From Eledone cirrhosa (Eukaryota): a stretch of 64,000 bases of DNA. The notes beneath the pieces were generated by a model. That model made no database searches, was not told the DNA's origin, and saw only the letters and a list, made by a program, of their open reading frames with translations. Below, piece after piece: positions 23,801-38,800 of this stretch. The DNA lies in the NCBI GenBank assembly GCA_964016885.1, contig OZ024740.1, forward strand, positions 312,914,001 to 312,978,000, given 5' to 3'. The position numbers and the translations under genes were made by a program. Numbering within the stretch: the stretch's first letter is position 1; every line of letters starts with the position of its first letter.

Positions 23801-26800
23801 AGGTAATCCAATAGGATGTTTATGACATAGGTCTTTCCTGTACCTGCAGTTGCATTCAAGCAGAAAATTCTGCCTTCATTTCCATTTACAGAGGTGATTA
23901 CTTTGTGGAAAATAACCAATTGCTCAGGATCCAATGTTGGCAGAAGTTCATTTATGTTTGCTTGCAGTTGGTGTGTATTGAAATCAGTTTCTGCCATAAG
24001 AACCCTGTTGATTTCTGGTATGGCAACAATAGTTGGGTCTGGAAAAAGGAAGTCCATAGTTGGTATGACTGTCCAAATCATCATGTTGAAGTTTTTGTTG
24101 GATCTTCTGTAGAACAATCTGTATGGTTTACTTGGACATGACTTGCTCATGACGTTCATGCATGATATCCTCTGCAAGACAATTCTTCCATTTCTCCCAG
24201 AACTGCAGAGGGTCATTTGGCATGCTGTACAATAAAATGGTGCAGAATATCTCTCGCAGCTGAGGACCAAGCATAGTGGATGAGGCCACTTCCATAGCTT
24301 TGTTTTTTTTCTCCATCTTGATCTAACAGACCAAGTTTCCTGCATGCTTCTTGGAATGTTGGAAATTCAACTCCTTCAATTGTCCTCAAATCGTTGTATG
24401 AAGTTGACCTAGCCTTGTGATGTAGGATCATCCTGAGTAATATAATTCAGATTGATGTCTACTGAGAGATACTGTTGGAATGCGTCCAAGAGATTCACTC
24501 ATAAATTGTTGATCACCATCCAGATGTCCCTTTTTTCTTCTTTGCCACTTTTTGTTTGCCCAAGTGAAATATTTAGGAATATCAATATACAATATGTTTT
24601 GTGCCAGTGGGTCTCTAATATTCAATTGAAAATATTCCGTCAACTTAGTCATTGGCTGTCCCCTAGAAACAGTACTTTCTTCCTGCCCTCGCTCATACAC
24701 CAGTAACTGCTCCAAAATCAATGATATAAAACACTCCTAATACAACAACGTGGTATGCAACAATAACAACAATAATTACTGTTATGACAAGAGCAGTAGA
24801 AGCCTTAACAATAACACCAACAACATGAACAGAATTACAGATAAAACTGAAATCTTACTTTTGGTAAGTTGACATCTTTGATGGATTTTAAGACCAAAAG
24901 TGCTTCACTTTGATCTGGGTACATCAATTTGAGGTTACCTACAGCTGTTAATACAGACCTCACAGCCCTCATTCCATAATCATAATGCTGTTGTGTGGAA
25001 AGCTAGACAAATATAACAAATAGATTCTGCATGATTATTTAGCTTTGGTAATCTACTTTATAATTGTTTCTACTTTTGGCACAAGGCCAGCAATTACACA
25101 GTGTATTACTGGTACTTTATTTTATCAACCCCGTAAGGATGAAAGGCAAAGTTAAACTCGGCAGGATTTGAACTCAGAATGGCAAGGGCCGTAACTCTAT
25201 GCGTCAAAGCATGGCATCTGACCCTCTACCGATACTGCCAATCCACTGCCCTTATAATTAAAATGCATTCATTTGTTCAGGACAGTCATGGGCAAGCTGT
25301 GGTGCATGAGCCACATGTGATTCATTGGCTTTCTGAATGGCATGCCTGATTTCAAAATTATCTTGAATTATTTTAGTAGTGTGGCCCCACCTTATGATGA
25401 GCTACATCTTATGTGGCCCACTGCCTAAAAAAGGTTGTCTAGGAAGTAGAAACATGAGGTTAAGAAGTTCATTTTGTAACCATCTACTTTTGAGTTCAAT
25501 CTCACTGGATGGTACTTTGGACAAGTGTCTCCTACCATAACTTCAGGCTGACCAAAGCCATGTAAGTGAAATTGTGTAGATAGAAACTTATTGGAAAAAC
25601 CATTCTTGTTCTTTGGTGATAGACCTATCATATATACTCAAATATAAGCTGATACGAATATAAGCTGAGCCCACTATTTTATGTTTGAGAAATGGGCAAA
25701 AATCCAAACCTTATTTTTGTAGAATTTGAAGTTGGTGAAAATCATCAAAATAATGACCTTGAATATAAGCTGATCTTCTCACTTCTACCATTGAATTTTT
25801 GGCCACATATTCCTCAGCTTATATTCAAGTATCTATGGTAATCTTTTTTCTTATTTAACATCCTCACCTGTCTATGGGATAACTTTAGAAATGTATCCAT
25901 TTACAAGTCTAAGCCATGCTAGTGTGGAAGATGGATGTTAAATGATGATGATGATGATGATGATGATGAAGCGTTTGGATCAGATCTTTAGTTTCTTTCT
26001 CCCTTTCCACCCACCAATCCCAGAAACTTTGAAAATAGATCATGGGTGCTACCCCTCGTCCTCTGATAATTAAAACAAACAAAGATAAGGAAAAATCTAC
26101 TAATGTTCCTAGCTGCACACCAATAGCTAGTGGAATAAGGAGAACCAAATGAAGCAGGTATAGTTAATATCTAATTATAGGTTACCAGTAGAAGAAAGAT
26201 GTAAATTGGATGAAAGTTAATAAAAGTGCAGCTCTGAAGTAGAAAGATTGGGTTAAAAAAATCATAGATATTCTTTTAGCATGGTTTGGGTATATGCATA
26301 GTGTCACAGTTATATGAGTATATTACATAAAATATTACCAGCCCTTAGGACAGAGGGGATTTTATTCACACATTATTACCATACATCATTATTAAGGCTG
26401 GTGGATTGGCAGTATAGGTAGAGGATCGGACGCCATGCTTTGACGCATAGAGTTACGGCCCTTGCCATTCTGAGTTCAAATCCCGCCGAGGTTAACTTTG
26501 CCTTTCATCCTTACGGGGTCGATAAAATAAAGTACCAGTAATGCCCTGGGATAATTGCTGGCCTTGTGCCAAAAGTAGAAACAATTATTATGTCTACATT
26601 TCACACATTCAGTGTTACCATATTTATCTACTATATGTTACACACAAACACTATATATGAGAGGGTGCTGAAAAGTTACTGGCTTTGGGTAAAAGAATGA
26701 TAGGAACGGCAAGAAATGATGGAGAGAGAGAGAGAAAGGCAGAAGAGAAGGAGATTCGTGTACCTGTTCTGAGCAGAGTCTGTAGGTAGCAACAATCTTT

Positions 26801-29800
26801 GTTGAAAGATTCCTGGCATCAACAAATCCCATTGAATATAAGAGAATTTCAGAAATCATGGCATAGTCTGGTATCATCATGGCAACAGGGCGGAATAATA
26901 CTTTAAGATTGTCTGGTAGCTCTGCCCGGCCTGCATATCCAGGATTCATTGTAATAAATATTGTACATGTAGGATCAAGAGATATATATGTCCCTTCAAA
27001 GACAAACATACTCTGTTGTTCTGCTCTAGCACGCTGGATAGTTTGTACTTGCTGAGCAATTACGGACAATACCTGAAGGAGAAAGAAGAGAAACAAAAAT
27101 TGAGGAAATATCTGAAACTTCTGTCATTGTTGATGTGTTTATCAAGCTACATCCCTTATCAGTTCTGTGTCAGGCATGCTTTATGGCATAGAGTTATGGC
27201 CTTTTGCAATCTGAGTTCAAATCTTGTTGAGGTTAGCTTTGTCTTTCATCCTTATGGGTTCGATAAAATAAAGTACCAGTAGTGCACTGGGGTCGATTTA
27301 GTCAACCTTCCCCTCACCCAAAATTATATTGGCCTTGTGCCTAAATCAGAAACTAATATTCTGTTATTGTTGTTGTGTAGTACCAGGTCAGCTCCAACCA
27401 TGCAAATGGTAGGGTGAAGTTTGAAAGGGATTTGACTGCTCTTTCAAGCAGGCTGAATGGCCCCCTAGAGGCTTCCTCATTGGCTTATTTAAACTTAAGC
27501 GAGAAATAAGATGTTTGTTTGCTTTTATCAAGCTTAGGTTACTCTGTTTCAAGCAACATATCCCTGACATTGTTATCACATCTAAATCATTGTAATTCAC
27601 AGCTAATTGATTGAATTGCTGGAATATTGATCCAGATATCTCGACTTTAACCTGGTCAAAGCTGGCTTTGGTTCTATGAAATAAAACCACCAATTTTAAA
27701 GATTTCTAATTTAATTTAAATTAAATTAAATTAAATCTTTCTTCTTCACTCACTTATTCCAGAGAGGGTAATAGGGGCAGAATCCTCAAACACTCCTTCC
27801 AGCAAGTCCTATAAGAAGCAACCATCTTCAATTGATCACTGGTACTGGCTTTGAAACATCTGTGATATAAGGCATTGTCACCTAAAGTAAGTAAATCAGT
27901 AATCAATATCAGGTCACAGGCTAACCCTGCTAAGAGCTTGTCTTGATCTGTAGTACTCTCCATCTTTATTTTATAAACTATTAATTTCTTTCTTACACAA
28001 AACTTATTTACAGAGGTGGAGAAATGAAACTGATATTTTTACCACTCGAAAAGGGCAATGATGACCTAAGACAAATGGTATGGTTACAACTGAAGATTGA
28101 AACCATATTTTAGATAAGCTCTATATGGTGCTTATTCCAGTTTGAAGTCACTGATCATACAAGACTCCCATCGCAGGGTTAAACTCCCAGCTATTGCTGG
28201 TACTCATTTTCAGCTGTGTATAGACTTTGTCAATGGTGAGCACCACATAGACTAATTTTTATTGTTAAAAGAGTTTCAGAAAATAATATCACCCAACTCG
28301 CTCTACTCCTATTTACTACAAGCAACATATTTTATATATGTACTATCTAGCTACACTTACCTCCAGTTCTATTCTGTTAAATTCATCAAAACATGCCCAA
28401 GCACCAGACTGTGCAAGACCTTTAAAAAATTTGCCCATGGCTTTATAGTTCAGACTGTCAGAGCAATTAAAGACAACACACTGTAAAAATAATAATATTA
28501 ATAATGGCTTCATATTTATATTTTCAGATTTATAAAAGAAAGAACATTTATAAGCTGGAGAATTTATAATTTTTACATGTGAATTAGATATACTAGCAGA
28601 AGAACCGCCCGAAGGGCAGTTTTCTGCTTGCATATGTAGTGTGTATATACGCAAATATATATGCACATAGATATAATACGTAAATTGACAATATGCACAT
28701 AAACTGAACAAAGACTGTGTTACACTTACTTCTGTAATCAGTAAAGTAATCCATGATACATTAAAAAAAAAGGCGATAATGGAGATGGAAAAGCGATGAA
28801 ACTGTTGACGGAAAATGTTCATGAATCTTCATTTGAGAATGTCGATGGGAAGCTTCAAGCAGTGAATTTGAAAATAGATGCTGCTGGTATGAATGAATGA
28901 ATTACATTTACCAATATGAAGAGTTGACCTTCGCTATATTGTTGTTTTACTGTATTCACATATAGACTTCTTAGGTTTTTGTAGTGTCCCTTTTCTAGCA
29001 GTTAAAAAGTAACCGAAATGCATTTCAACTAAAAGAGAGTGATAGCTGTTTCACATCACTGTAGAATTTCTTTGTAGACACAGTTGTCAGCAAACAGACC
29101 CCTTTCATTTAATATTTTAATATTTTCTTTTTTTGTAACTCGTGATAATGCAACATACATCTGACCATGTGAGAAGAATTGTGTAGGTAGATATACACCT
29201 ATCTTTTCAAATGTCTGCCCATGTGCCTTGTTGCATGTAAGGGCAAAGGCTGGTTTGACAGGAAATTGCTTGCAAGTAAAGGTGAAAGGGAACTCAAGCT
29301 CTTGAGATACATGTGGTATCCTTGGGATTAGCAACCTTGTTCCAGCATTGGGACCCAATGCAACTTCAGCTTCAATCACATGATTATGTTAACTGATGAT
29401 CATGTAGCGTGTACCATTGCAATGCCCGTTTAGAGGATCCAGATTTCTTAGAAGCATGATGCAACTGCCTTTCTTCAGTTTAAGTATGTGTGTTGGGAAG
29501 CCTGATGGCGTAAGTTTGTTGATGAACTCAATTGGATATTGCAGTTCATTATCTACTGTATCAGAGCTTCTGTAGATTATTTCATGACCAGGGAACTTGT
29601 TGACCATGAACTCATTCACCAATCTTGCTGCATCATTTGTTGGAGTGTTAATGGCTCTATTTGCAATCATCTCTTGATGGTTGCCTCAACTATTTGTGGT
29701 CTAACACCATGATGTACAACTGGAAGAATTTGCTTCCAATCACCAGATAGTAATATGTTAGATCACCAAATGGCTTTTTGCAATCTCGAACATCTTTCAA

Positions 29801-32800
29801 GCTCCTGTCAAGGCATTCAAAGATATGCTTATGTCCCATACTTATCTCATCAATGATTAGCAGGTCAGCTTACTGCATAAGTTTACCTGTGTTATCCCTC
29901 TTTGTGAAGAAGCAAGTTGATTCAGCAGTCACATTGAGAGGAATCTTGCACTTGGAATGAAGAGTTCTACCTTTGTGAAGCAAAGTGGCTGCTATTCCAG
30001 ATATGGCAGTGGTAAGTGCAATTTTTTTTTTAGATCGGAGGTAATCCAATAGGATGTTTATGACATAGGTCTTTCCTGTACCGGCACTTGCATTCAAGCA
30101 GAAAATTCTGCCTTCATTTCCATTTACAGAGGTGATTACATTGTGAAAAATAACCAGTTACTCAGGATTCAATGTTGGCTGAAGTTCATTTAATTTTGCT
30201 TGCAGTTGGTGTGTATTGAAATCAGTTTCTGCCATAAGAACCCTGTTGATTTCTGGTATGGCAACAATAGTTGGGTCTGGCCAAGGAAGTCCATAGTTGG
30301 CATGAATGTCCAAGCCAGCATGTTGAAGTCTTTGTTGGGTCTTCTGTAGAACAATCTGTCCTGTTTGCATGGACATGACTTGCTCATGCATGATATCCTC
30401 TGCTCCCAGAACTGCAGAGGGTCATTTGGCATGCTGTACAATAAAATGGGGCAGAAGATCTCTTGCAGCTGAGAGCCAAGCGTAATGGATGAGGCCTCTT
30501 CCATAGCTTTGTCTTTTTCTCCATCTTCATCTAATAGACCAAGTTTCCTGCATGCTTCTTGGAATGTTGGAAATTCAACTCCTTCAATTGTCCTCAAATC
30601 GTTGTATGAAGTTGACCTACCCTTGTGATGTAGTATCATCCTGAGGTAATATAATTCAGATTGATATCTACTGAGAGATACTGTTGGAATGCGTCCAAGA
30701 GATTCACTCATAAATTGTTGATCACCATCCAGATGTCCCTTTTTTTCTTCTTTGCCACTTTTTGTTTGACAAAGTGAAATATTTAGGAATATCAATATAC
30801 AATATGTTTTGTGCCAGTGGGTCTCTAATATTCAGTTGAAAATATTCCGTCAACTTAGTCATTGGCTGTCCCCTAGAAACAATACTTTCTTCCTGCCCTC
30901 GCTCATACACGACCATTTGTTCCCCAGGTAAAGGGCAAGGCAACTTTTCAAGTGGCGGTTTTCGAAGATGTAATGGAAATTTATAGATTCTCCAGAATGC
31001 TTCACTGGTTGAGATGCATTGATATAGGTCTCAATCTCATTTTAGGCATGGACACAATTTCTTTCATCATCCTTAATAGTGAAAGTGATCTTGTCTGATC
31101 CTTTTGTGATGTACTTATATAAGTACTTAACAGCCTTGACACTGTGGTCAACCTCACAATTGATGAGGAAAGGGTTGTATGGAACAATTATCCAACAATT
31201 ATCAACAGTAAATTCTTGACATTTGTATGGATTGCATGGATTTTATATGGGTGTGACCTCCATGCTGTCTATCCCTTCTTCTATACTCCGGAAAGGAATT
31301 TTCGGCAACAAATGTGGTTTGTCTGAATGCCTTGGGATAACGTTTTGAGCAATGGCCTTGTTGTCCTAGCCCTTCCATTCATGAGCACATCATATTAGTT
31401 TGTCCACATGGGCCATGAATGTTGCAGGATGTGATGATCTTATGCAGAATTGGATTGATCTCTTTATTAGAAATCTCACAGTACACTACCTGATCAATGG
31501 CATCAGCAGTTTTGGGCTTGCTATCTTCAGCCATTATCAGCAGAATATGAGCATGTCATGAGAATATCAGTATGTCATCCATAAGGCTGTCATACTTGAT
31601 CTTGAAGACTCTTGCACAAATATCAGGACGGTCTCTAGGTTCTTCACCAGAATGCAAACTATTTTTTATTTCATCCCAGTTAAGGTTAGTTGTTACCATG
31701 ATGAAATAAGATGGCTTCCCCATGTGTCGAATCACAGTCATCGAATTCTGAAAGCACTCACTGTAGAAGCGAGGGGAACCATAGATTGAAGGAGGAAGAA
31801 CAATTCTCCGGCCTGCACTTGTTTTAGACGATAAACTGTACTCATGCTGGGGTACCACGATTAAAGGATTTTCTTGACCTCAATTCCAGTACATATATTT
31901 TAAAATCTAGTACTTATTTTATTGATCTCTTCTATTCTCTTTGAAACGTGTGTGTGTGTGTCTATGTGTTCATATGTATGATGGTACCCTATCGCTTGCG
32001 ACGAGGATTCTTTCAGCTAGGTTTCTCAAATGGAACTGCCTGAAATTATGGTGAGAGTGTCTGAGCATTGCATAGACACGTATAACGGAGGGTTTCAGGG
32101 TGGGACTACATTGGTTCTTCGACTTACTGGCAGAGTACATTTTTTTTTTTACTTCAGTGGAGAGAAGAAAGGCAAAATAAAGTGTCTTGCTCAAGAACAC
32201 AACGCACTGATGGGATTCAAACTCTCAACATTACAGTCACGAGACACACACACGGACATAAACGCACACACATATACAGATACAGTGACACACATATGCA
32301 CACACACAGATACACACATACAACATACACAAACACACCACACATACATACATATATATACGTGTGTGAGTATATGTACTTATGCAATGGTAAAAAGAAT
32401 ATACACCTGTGGATTGAATCATTGGTACTGTAGTAAATTATCCTTTCCTTATTTCCACATCTTCACATACATACACACAGCCACATATACAGATAACCAC
32501 ACTATCGTCTATCTTTCTGTCTACCTACCTATATATCTACGTATCGATCTATCGATCTATCTATCTACCTGTCAATCTACCTGTCTATCTACCTCCCTCT
32601 CTCTCTCTCTCTCTCATACACACACACACACAAATATATCTATTCTAGAGAGTGTGTCCGTTATATGTATAATTGCATTTCAAGAATTATGAAGAATTTG
32701 CAAGTTACTTCACCCGGGGAGGATTAATAATGGCTTCACTAACCTCGGAACACAATTTGTGTGTGGTGTAGTATGTATGTGTGTGTGTATATATATAAAT

Positions 32801-35800
32801 ATATATGTATGTGTGTGTGTCTGCATCAGACATAATTTATATGCTATTACATTTATATATATCTAATCAATGGGCGTACAACAGTGCTTAATCTAAACTA
32901 TAATAAAGTAAGAAGCGCGGGACTGCGTACGGTTTATAATTTTTTATCCCCTTAGTAAAATAAGTTGGATTACTTTGAATAAATAATGAATGAATATTAC
33001 ATAATTTATCTACTAAATTTCGTGGCTGTTCATTAAATATATTTTATTACTTATTTAAAATTTTCAAATGTCAACACATCCAGTTAGCGATCGTTTAAAT
33101 AAATATTCATATATTTCTGTTACTAATTTTCTCCTAATGCAGTTTATATATAATATTGTCTTTTTTAATGTATCATGGATTACGTTACTGATTACATAAG
33201 ACAGTGTAACACAGTCTTCGTTCAATTTCTGTGTATATTGTCAATTACGATTTTATTTGATCATGATATATATATACTTGCGTATAATATCAATATACAC
33301 ACTACACATGCTAGCAGATATATAATATCGTCTTTTTTTAATGTATCATGAATTACGTTACTGATTACAGAAGACAGTGTAACACAGTCTTCGTTCAATT
33401 TCTGTGTATATTGTCAATTACGGTTTTATTTGATGTATCACACCTACATGCATATATACTCGCGTATAATATCAATATACACACTACATATGCTAGCAGA
33501 AAACCACACGAAGGCTGGTTTTTCTGCTGAATTTTTTTTTATAAAAAGAGTTAATAAATAAATAAAGAGTTAAGAAATAAATAAAACGTTATACTTGTTT
33601 TACCCTCCCATTTCCAATTAAACCGAACGCTATCATGACTGTATGTGTGTGTTTGTGTAAATGTATGTATGTTTGTGTGAATGTATGTGTATTTGTGTGA
33701 ATTATGTCCGTGAGTGTGTATTTTTATAAGTTTGTGTTTGCGCGATTATAGTTATATACTCATACATATAGATGTATGTATATGCACACTCATACACGCC
33801 AGTATGTAGAAAATCATAATCCCTCTATCTCTCTCATCACACACTCTCTCTTTCTATATATATATATATATAGATGGTAGTTGAAGTGGTGGTGGTGGCG
33901 ACGATATACCTTAAGTGCAACTTTGAAAAGAAGTCAATTTTAGATTATTTATTTTTACGAAATTATTTCTTTACGAAATTTAGCACATAAATTATGTAAT
34001 ATTCATTCGTTATTTATTCAAAGTAATCCAACTTATTTTACTAACTGGATTAAAAGAAATAAACCGTACGCAGTCCCGCAGCCCTTGCTTTATTATAGTT
34101 TAGATATTAAAAACAATTCTAACCGAGAAAAGAAAATGGCATTTGAATTTTGTTTATCAAGAACAATGAGGATTGTACAAAGTTAAGTGTACTGAAATTG
34201 ATACTTCATAAAAACTAATCAGAATAAATGACTGCTTCGTTCAAATCCCAGTAAATTTCATTTCTCCTTCCAACCTTCCATGATTGATAAATAAAGTCTC
34301 ACCAAAGGCCAAAACACTCAGTTGAGTAGGGTTTCTTCTCTGAAGACCTTCTGCTGTCCAGCTCTCCTGACAGTTTCTTACCATTGAAGACATTCAACAA
34401 TATAATACTGGACTAACTGTCAAGTTATTTGATGTAATCTCTAGGTAGCAGACATGTTTTAGATTTTGATGAGATTCACTTTGTAAAAAGACACAATTCC
34501 CAATTTGCAGAGTGTACACAGCAGGAAATATGTTCTCCTAAAATTTCCATTAAACTCAAGTAAAGTCCATAAATGACATGGAAATTGGTGATGAAGATAG
34601 ATATTGGTTTTCACAAAACACAGCAATACAATATTGAAAAAATTGTGAGATGACATTGTGAAGGCCTAATCTTTAGCTTATTTATTTATGTTAAGGAATC
34701 AATTGACAAGGTCCCCAGACTTCATTCACTTACTGAGTGGTCTTTCCAGTGATGATACTATCTACTGGCCGCAACACCTTGCAGTGAAGGCACATGGCTT
34801 ATTGGTTTGAGAATTAGATTCACAATCATGAAGTGATGCATTATGTCCTTGAGCAAGACACTATTTCATGTTTACTCTTTCTGCCAGGAGTTCTTTATCT
34901 TAGACTTAGCTTAGTTCTTTTTTTTTTCTTACAGTTCGTTTATGTTGTATTTTTTGGTGGGGTATAAGGCAAATTTTATTTACAGTAATAATAATGACAA
35001 CTATAATAACGGCAATAATAAAGAAAGAAAAGGAAACAAAAGAAAAAAAGAATAGGGGAATATAGAGAAAAAAAGAAAAAGAAAAAAAAACTAGATGCAA
35101 TTTGTGTGTACTGATACACATTATACTTACTTATGGACAGATGAACTTGGTTATTAAAGATTAAATGTTTTGCTACACAGATACTATGAAGTGGTAGTGA
35201 CAGAATCTCTCTCTTCTATCAAGTTGATGGATGCTCTCTGGTGATTTCATTGACAAGAACTATGTCAAGTGCTTGTCATGGAATTGGAATTTTTTTACAA
35301 GACACTATCATGTCTGTATCTACTGGCACACTCAAATTGTAAAGCACAAGAATAAATGCTGTAAAACATTTTATGCAATGCACTAACGATTCTACCTATC
35401 AACCATCTTGGTCATGTACTTTATTTTATCAATAACAGATAGATCAAAGGCAAGTTAACCTTAGTGAGATTTGAACCCAGAACATAAAGGGCAGAATAAA
35501 TACTGTAAAGCTTTTTGTCCAATGCTCTAACGATTCTGTCAATTCACCTAATTGCCTAACTGGTTAACCATCTTACCCTAGTAACTCATTTGTTCTCCCT
35601 CTGTGTCATAAACTGTGTTATTATTGTTCCTACACAGAGCACATCATAAATGAAGAGGTTCGCAAAAGAATCACCCAACACATGAGTCACTTTGAAGATC
35701 TGCTGATCGCGGTAAGAAGAGGAAGTTGAGGTAATATGGGAATGTAACAATATCGGACAGATTGTCTAAGACAATTCTTTAAGGACCAGTGTGGGGAAAG

Positions 35801-38800
35801 AGAAGGTGGGGCAGACAGAGAAAGCGGTGGACAGACAACATAACTGAGTGGACAAGAAAGAACTTTACCACAAACCAAGCACTTTCCCATGACAGCCAGA
35901 GCTGGAGGCAGTTGGTGCAGCGTTCAATACTGCAGTGTTCCAACGACCCAGAAAAGGATTAAAGGACCATGATGATGATAATATTTCAACCACTTTTACT
36001 ACTTATAATATTCTTAGAGCACCACCTGACATCTAAACCCTAAATATTAGTTGTCTCACCTGTTTTGCAACTGCCTTTGCTAAATCTTTTGATGTTTCTG
36101 TCTTCCCAGTTCCAGCAGGTCCTTCAGGTGCTCCACCCAAATTTAATCTGATAGCATTCATAAGAGTTCTAAAAAATGTCAAAGGTTAGAAGAATCAACT
36201 AATATATACACAACAGAAGCACACACAAAGTCTTATACAAACATGTATGTATACATTATTAAAGAAAACTGTATATAAAAATATTTACAGACAATCTATC
36301 TAGTTAATATCTAAATACTGCCCAGAATTGTCACTGTACTTGCCAAAGATAGGACTCACTCTCTTTGCTTATACTCATACAGATTTTAATTGATGTTTAT
36401 ACTTAAATATAAGGTGATACGAATATAAACCAACCCTATTGTTTTGTTTGAGAAATGGGCAAAAATCCAAACCTTATTTATGTAGAATTTGAAGTTGGTG
36501 AAAATCATCAAAATATTGAGCCTGAATATAAACCAACCACCTACCATCAATTTTTTGGTCCAATATTCCTTGGCTTATATTTGTGTATATACAGTAAGCT
36601 TAATATATATTCTTGAGTTGCCCCCACCACTGTCTTCCTTGATTACAACTGATCATTAAAGCTAATGTTTTTTTTCATCACTGCATCTAGAATATTAATT
36701 AATATTTTAAGTAATATGGGATTTGATGACATATAGGATGAGAAATTAAAGGGTTTATGGAGTTATGGTCTGAAAATAGCTTGGAATCAGAGAGTAATAC
36801 AATAAGTCTGCAGATTAGACTTCATAAATGAAGTGGTACACAGATATATGAAGGTAGGCTGAAAAGTTCATAGGCTGACTATGGAGTGATGCTAGAGCTG
36901 TGAAATCTTGCATAGATTAATTTCAACTCTTCTTATTAATAACTGCTCAGTTTTTTCCAGGGACTATGTTAAAAAATAAACCTCATTTGGTTATTTCATG
37001 AGAGTATCTTGGTCATGAACTTTTCAGCTGGCCCTTGTATGTTGTTGTTTAATGCAATAAAACTTACCCAAATCAATACAATTCTTTATTGATCTTGTTT
37101 ATTGATCATCTACTATGACTGATGACATCAAAAACAATGACAACAATAATAATAAAACGAATTAAATATAAACTCAAATTTCCAAATCATTGTTTACCTG
37201 TAACACCTGTCTGTAAGTGGAGTAATTACCAGTCTGCTAGAATTCCCCAGGTATTCATAGGCATAAGCTATTGAGGTGACCACCATTCGGACTATGACTG
37301 ACTGTTCTTCAAAGTAATATCGTAATTGGCTAATCCAATTAAAGTCTTGCACATTGCTTACTTGAGAAGCTGCCAACTGGGTTAGGATATCTCTGGCTAA
37401 TTGGAAAAAGTAAGAGTAATTTATGAAGAAATGATGAAGACAATAGATCAATAAAATTTCTCTGCTAAATATAGCAGCTAAATCTTCCTCAAATCACATC
37501 CAACCATCTTAGATAAAGAAAGTACATATTAGAAAATACAGTCTTACATATACCTAAAGTAACAAGATAGTGACAGCTGGAATACCTTTATCATAGGTCT
37601 GTTTGATCAAGATTAAGTTGGGGCTAAACAAAAGCAACAACAACAACAAAAGCAACAACAACAAAAGCAACAACAACAACAGCAACAGAAGCAGCAGCAA
37701 CTATAACTAAAACAATGTTAGTTATCCTGAATGGTCAACATTTTTATGTTCAACATTTTCTAACCAAAAACTGGAGAACATGAAGAGTAACTAAACTCCT
37801 TACCATGAACATCAATGACAATGAGGGCCCCCAGAGTGATTCTGGCCATTTTTGAAAGATTACCACGAACAATTTCCACAATTTCTTCAATATTGTTTTG
37901 CCTTTTCTCCATATAATGTGGGATAAATCCCTTTTCAATAGCCTACAATATAGATATAGAAAGGGTTGTTCAAATATATTTTGGAAACAAATTTTTAGCT
38001 ATTTAATAACTTGGGGGGAAGGGCGGGGGGCTGCAGCTGCATCCCCACACTGCCCTAGCAATAAGCCACTGGTATTGATACATTGAGAAATACCTGAAAA
38101 TCCCCACTTAAGAGCCCATAACAAAGCAAACTTCACCCAAGAGACAACCAGGCCAGAGGACCAACCATGTTTTTTCTCACACTGAACTGCTTTTGGCTTG
38201 GTTTCTACAGCTGGATGCCCTTCTTAATGCCAACCACATTTACAATATGAGCTGGGTGTTTTTTGTCGTGACACCTACATAACCACTTTACAGTGTGGAC
38301 TGGATATTTTTTGTTATAACACCTACACGACCACTTCACAGTGTTGGGCTGAGTGCTTTTTGTTGTGACACCTACATGACCACTTTACAGTGTGGACTGG
38401 TCATATATTAAAAATATGAAAGTGTATACCTTTAAAATACAAAACCTAAGGATGGAGTAAATTATACAAATAATTTCCTTTGTACTTCCCATTGCTTGTT
38501 TTAAATTATAGAAATATTATTTTTACCAAACCTGTGTAATTTCAGTTGTCCAATGTATCTGGCTGGCTGCCAGTACGACCTGCCCAGGCCACATTAAAAC
38601 CCATTCTCTCCTGTGATTGTGACTGTAACTATCAACAGCTTTAACCATTTCTTGTCGCAGACTTAGTTTCATTGCATGTTCTACCTGAAGTTGATGGAGA
38701 ACAGATTGAAGATCATTTCTATCTAGCTGGGGTGAATACATATCTATATATCTATCTAACCCATGTAAAAATGGAAAAAATAGACGTTAAATGATGATCG

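Noticed and set aside
22630-24721. PIF1-like helicase as a host gene
   Set aside because: Frameshifted, intronic, duplicated and bounded by a Helitron 3' terminus
32891-34105. 130-bp inverted repeats read as TIRs of a cut-and-paste transposon
   Set aside because: Each begins A|TC and each has a matching Helitron 3' end downstream on its own strand; two opposed Helitron 5' ends explain it better
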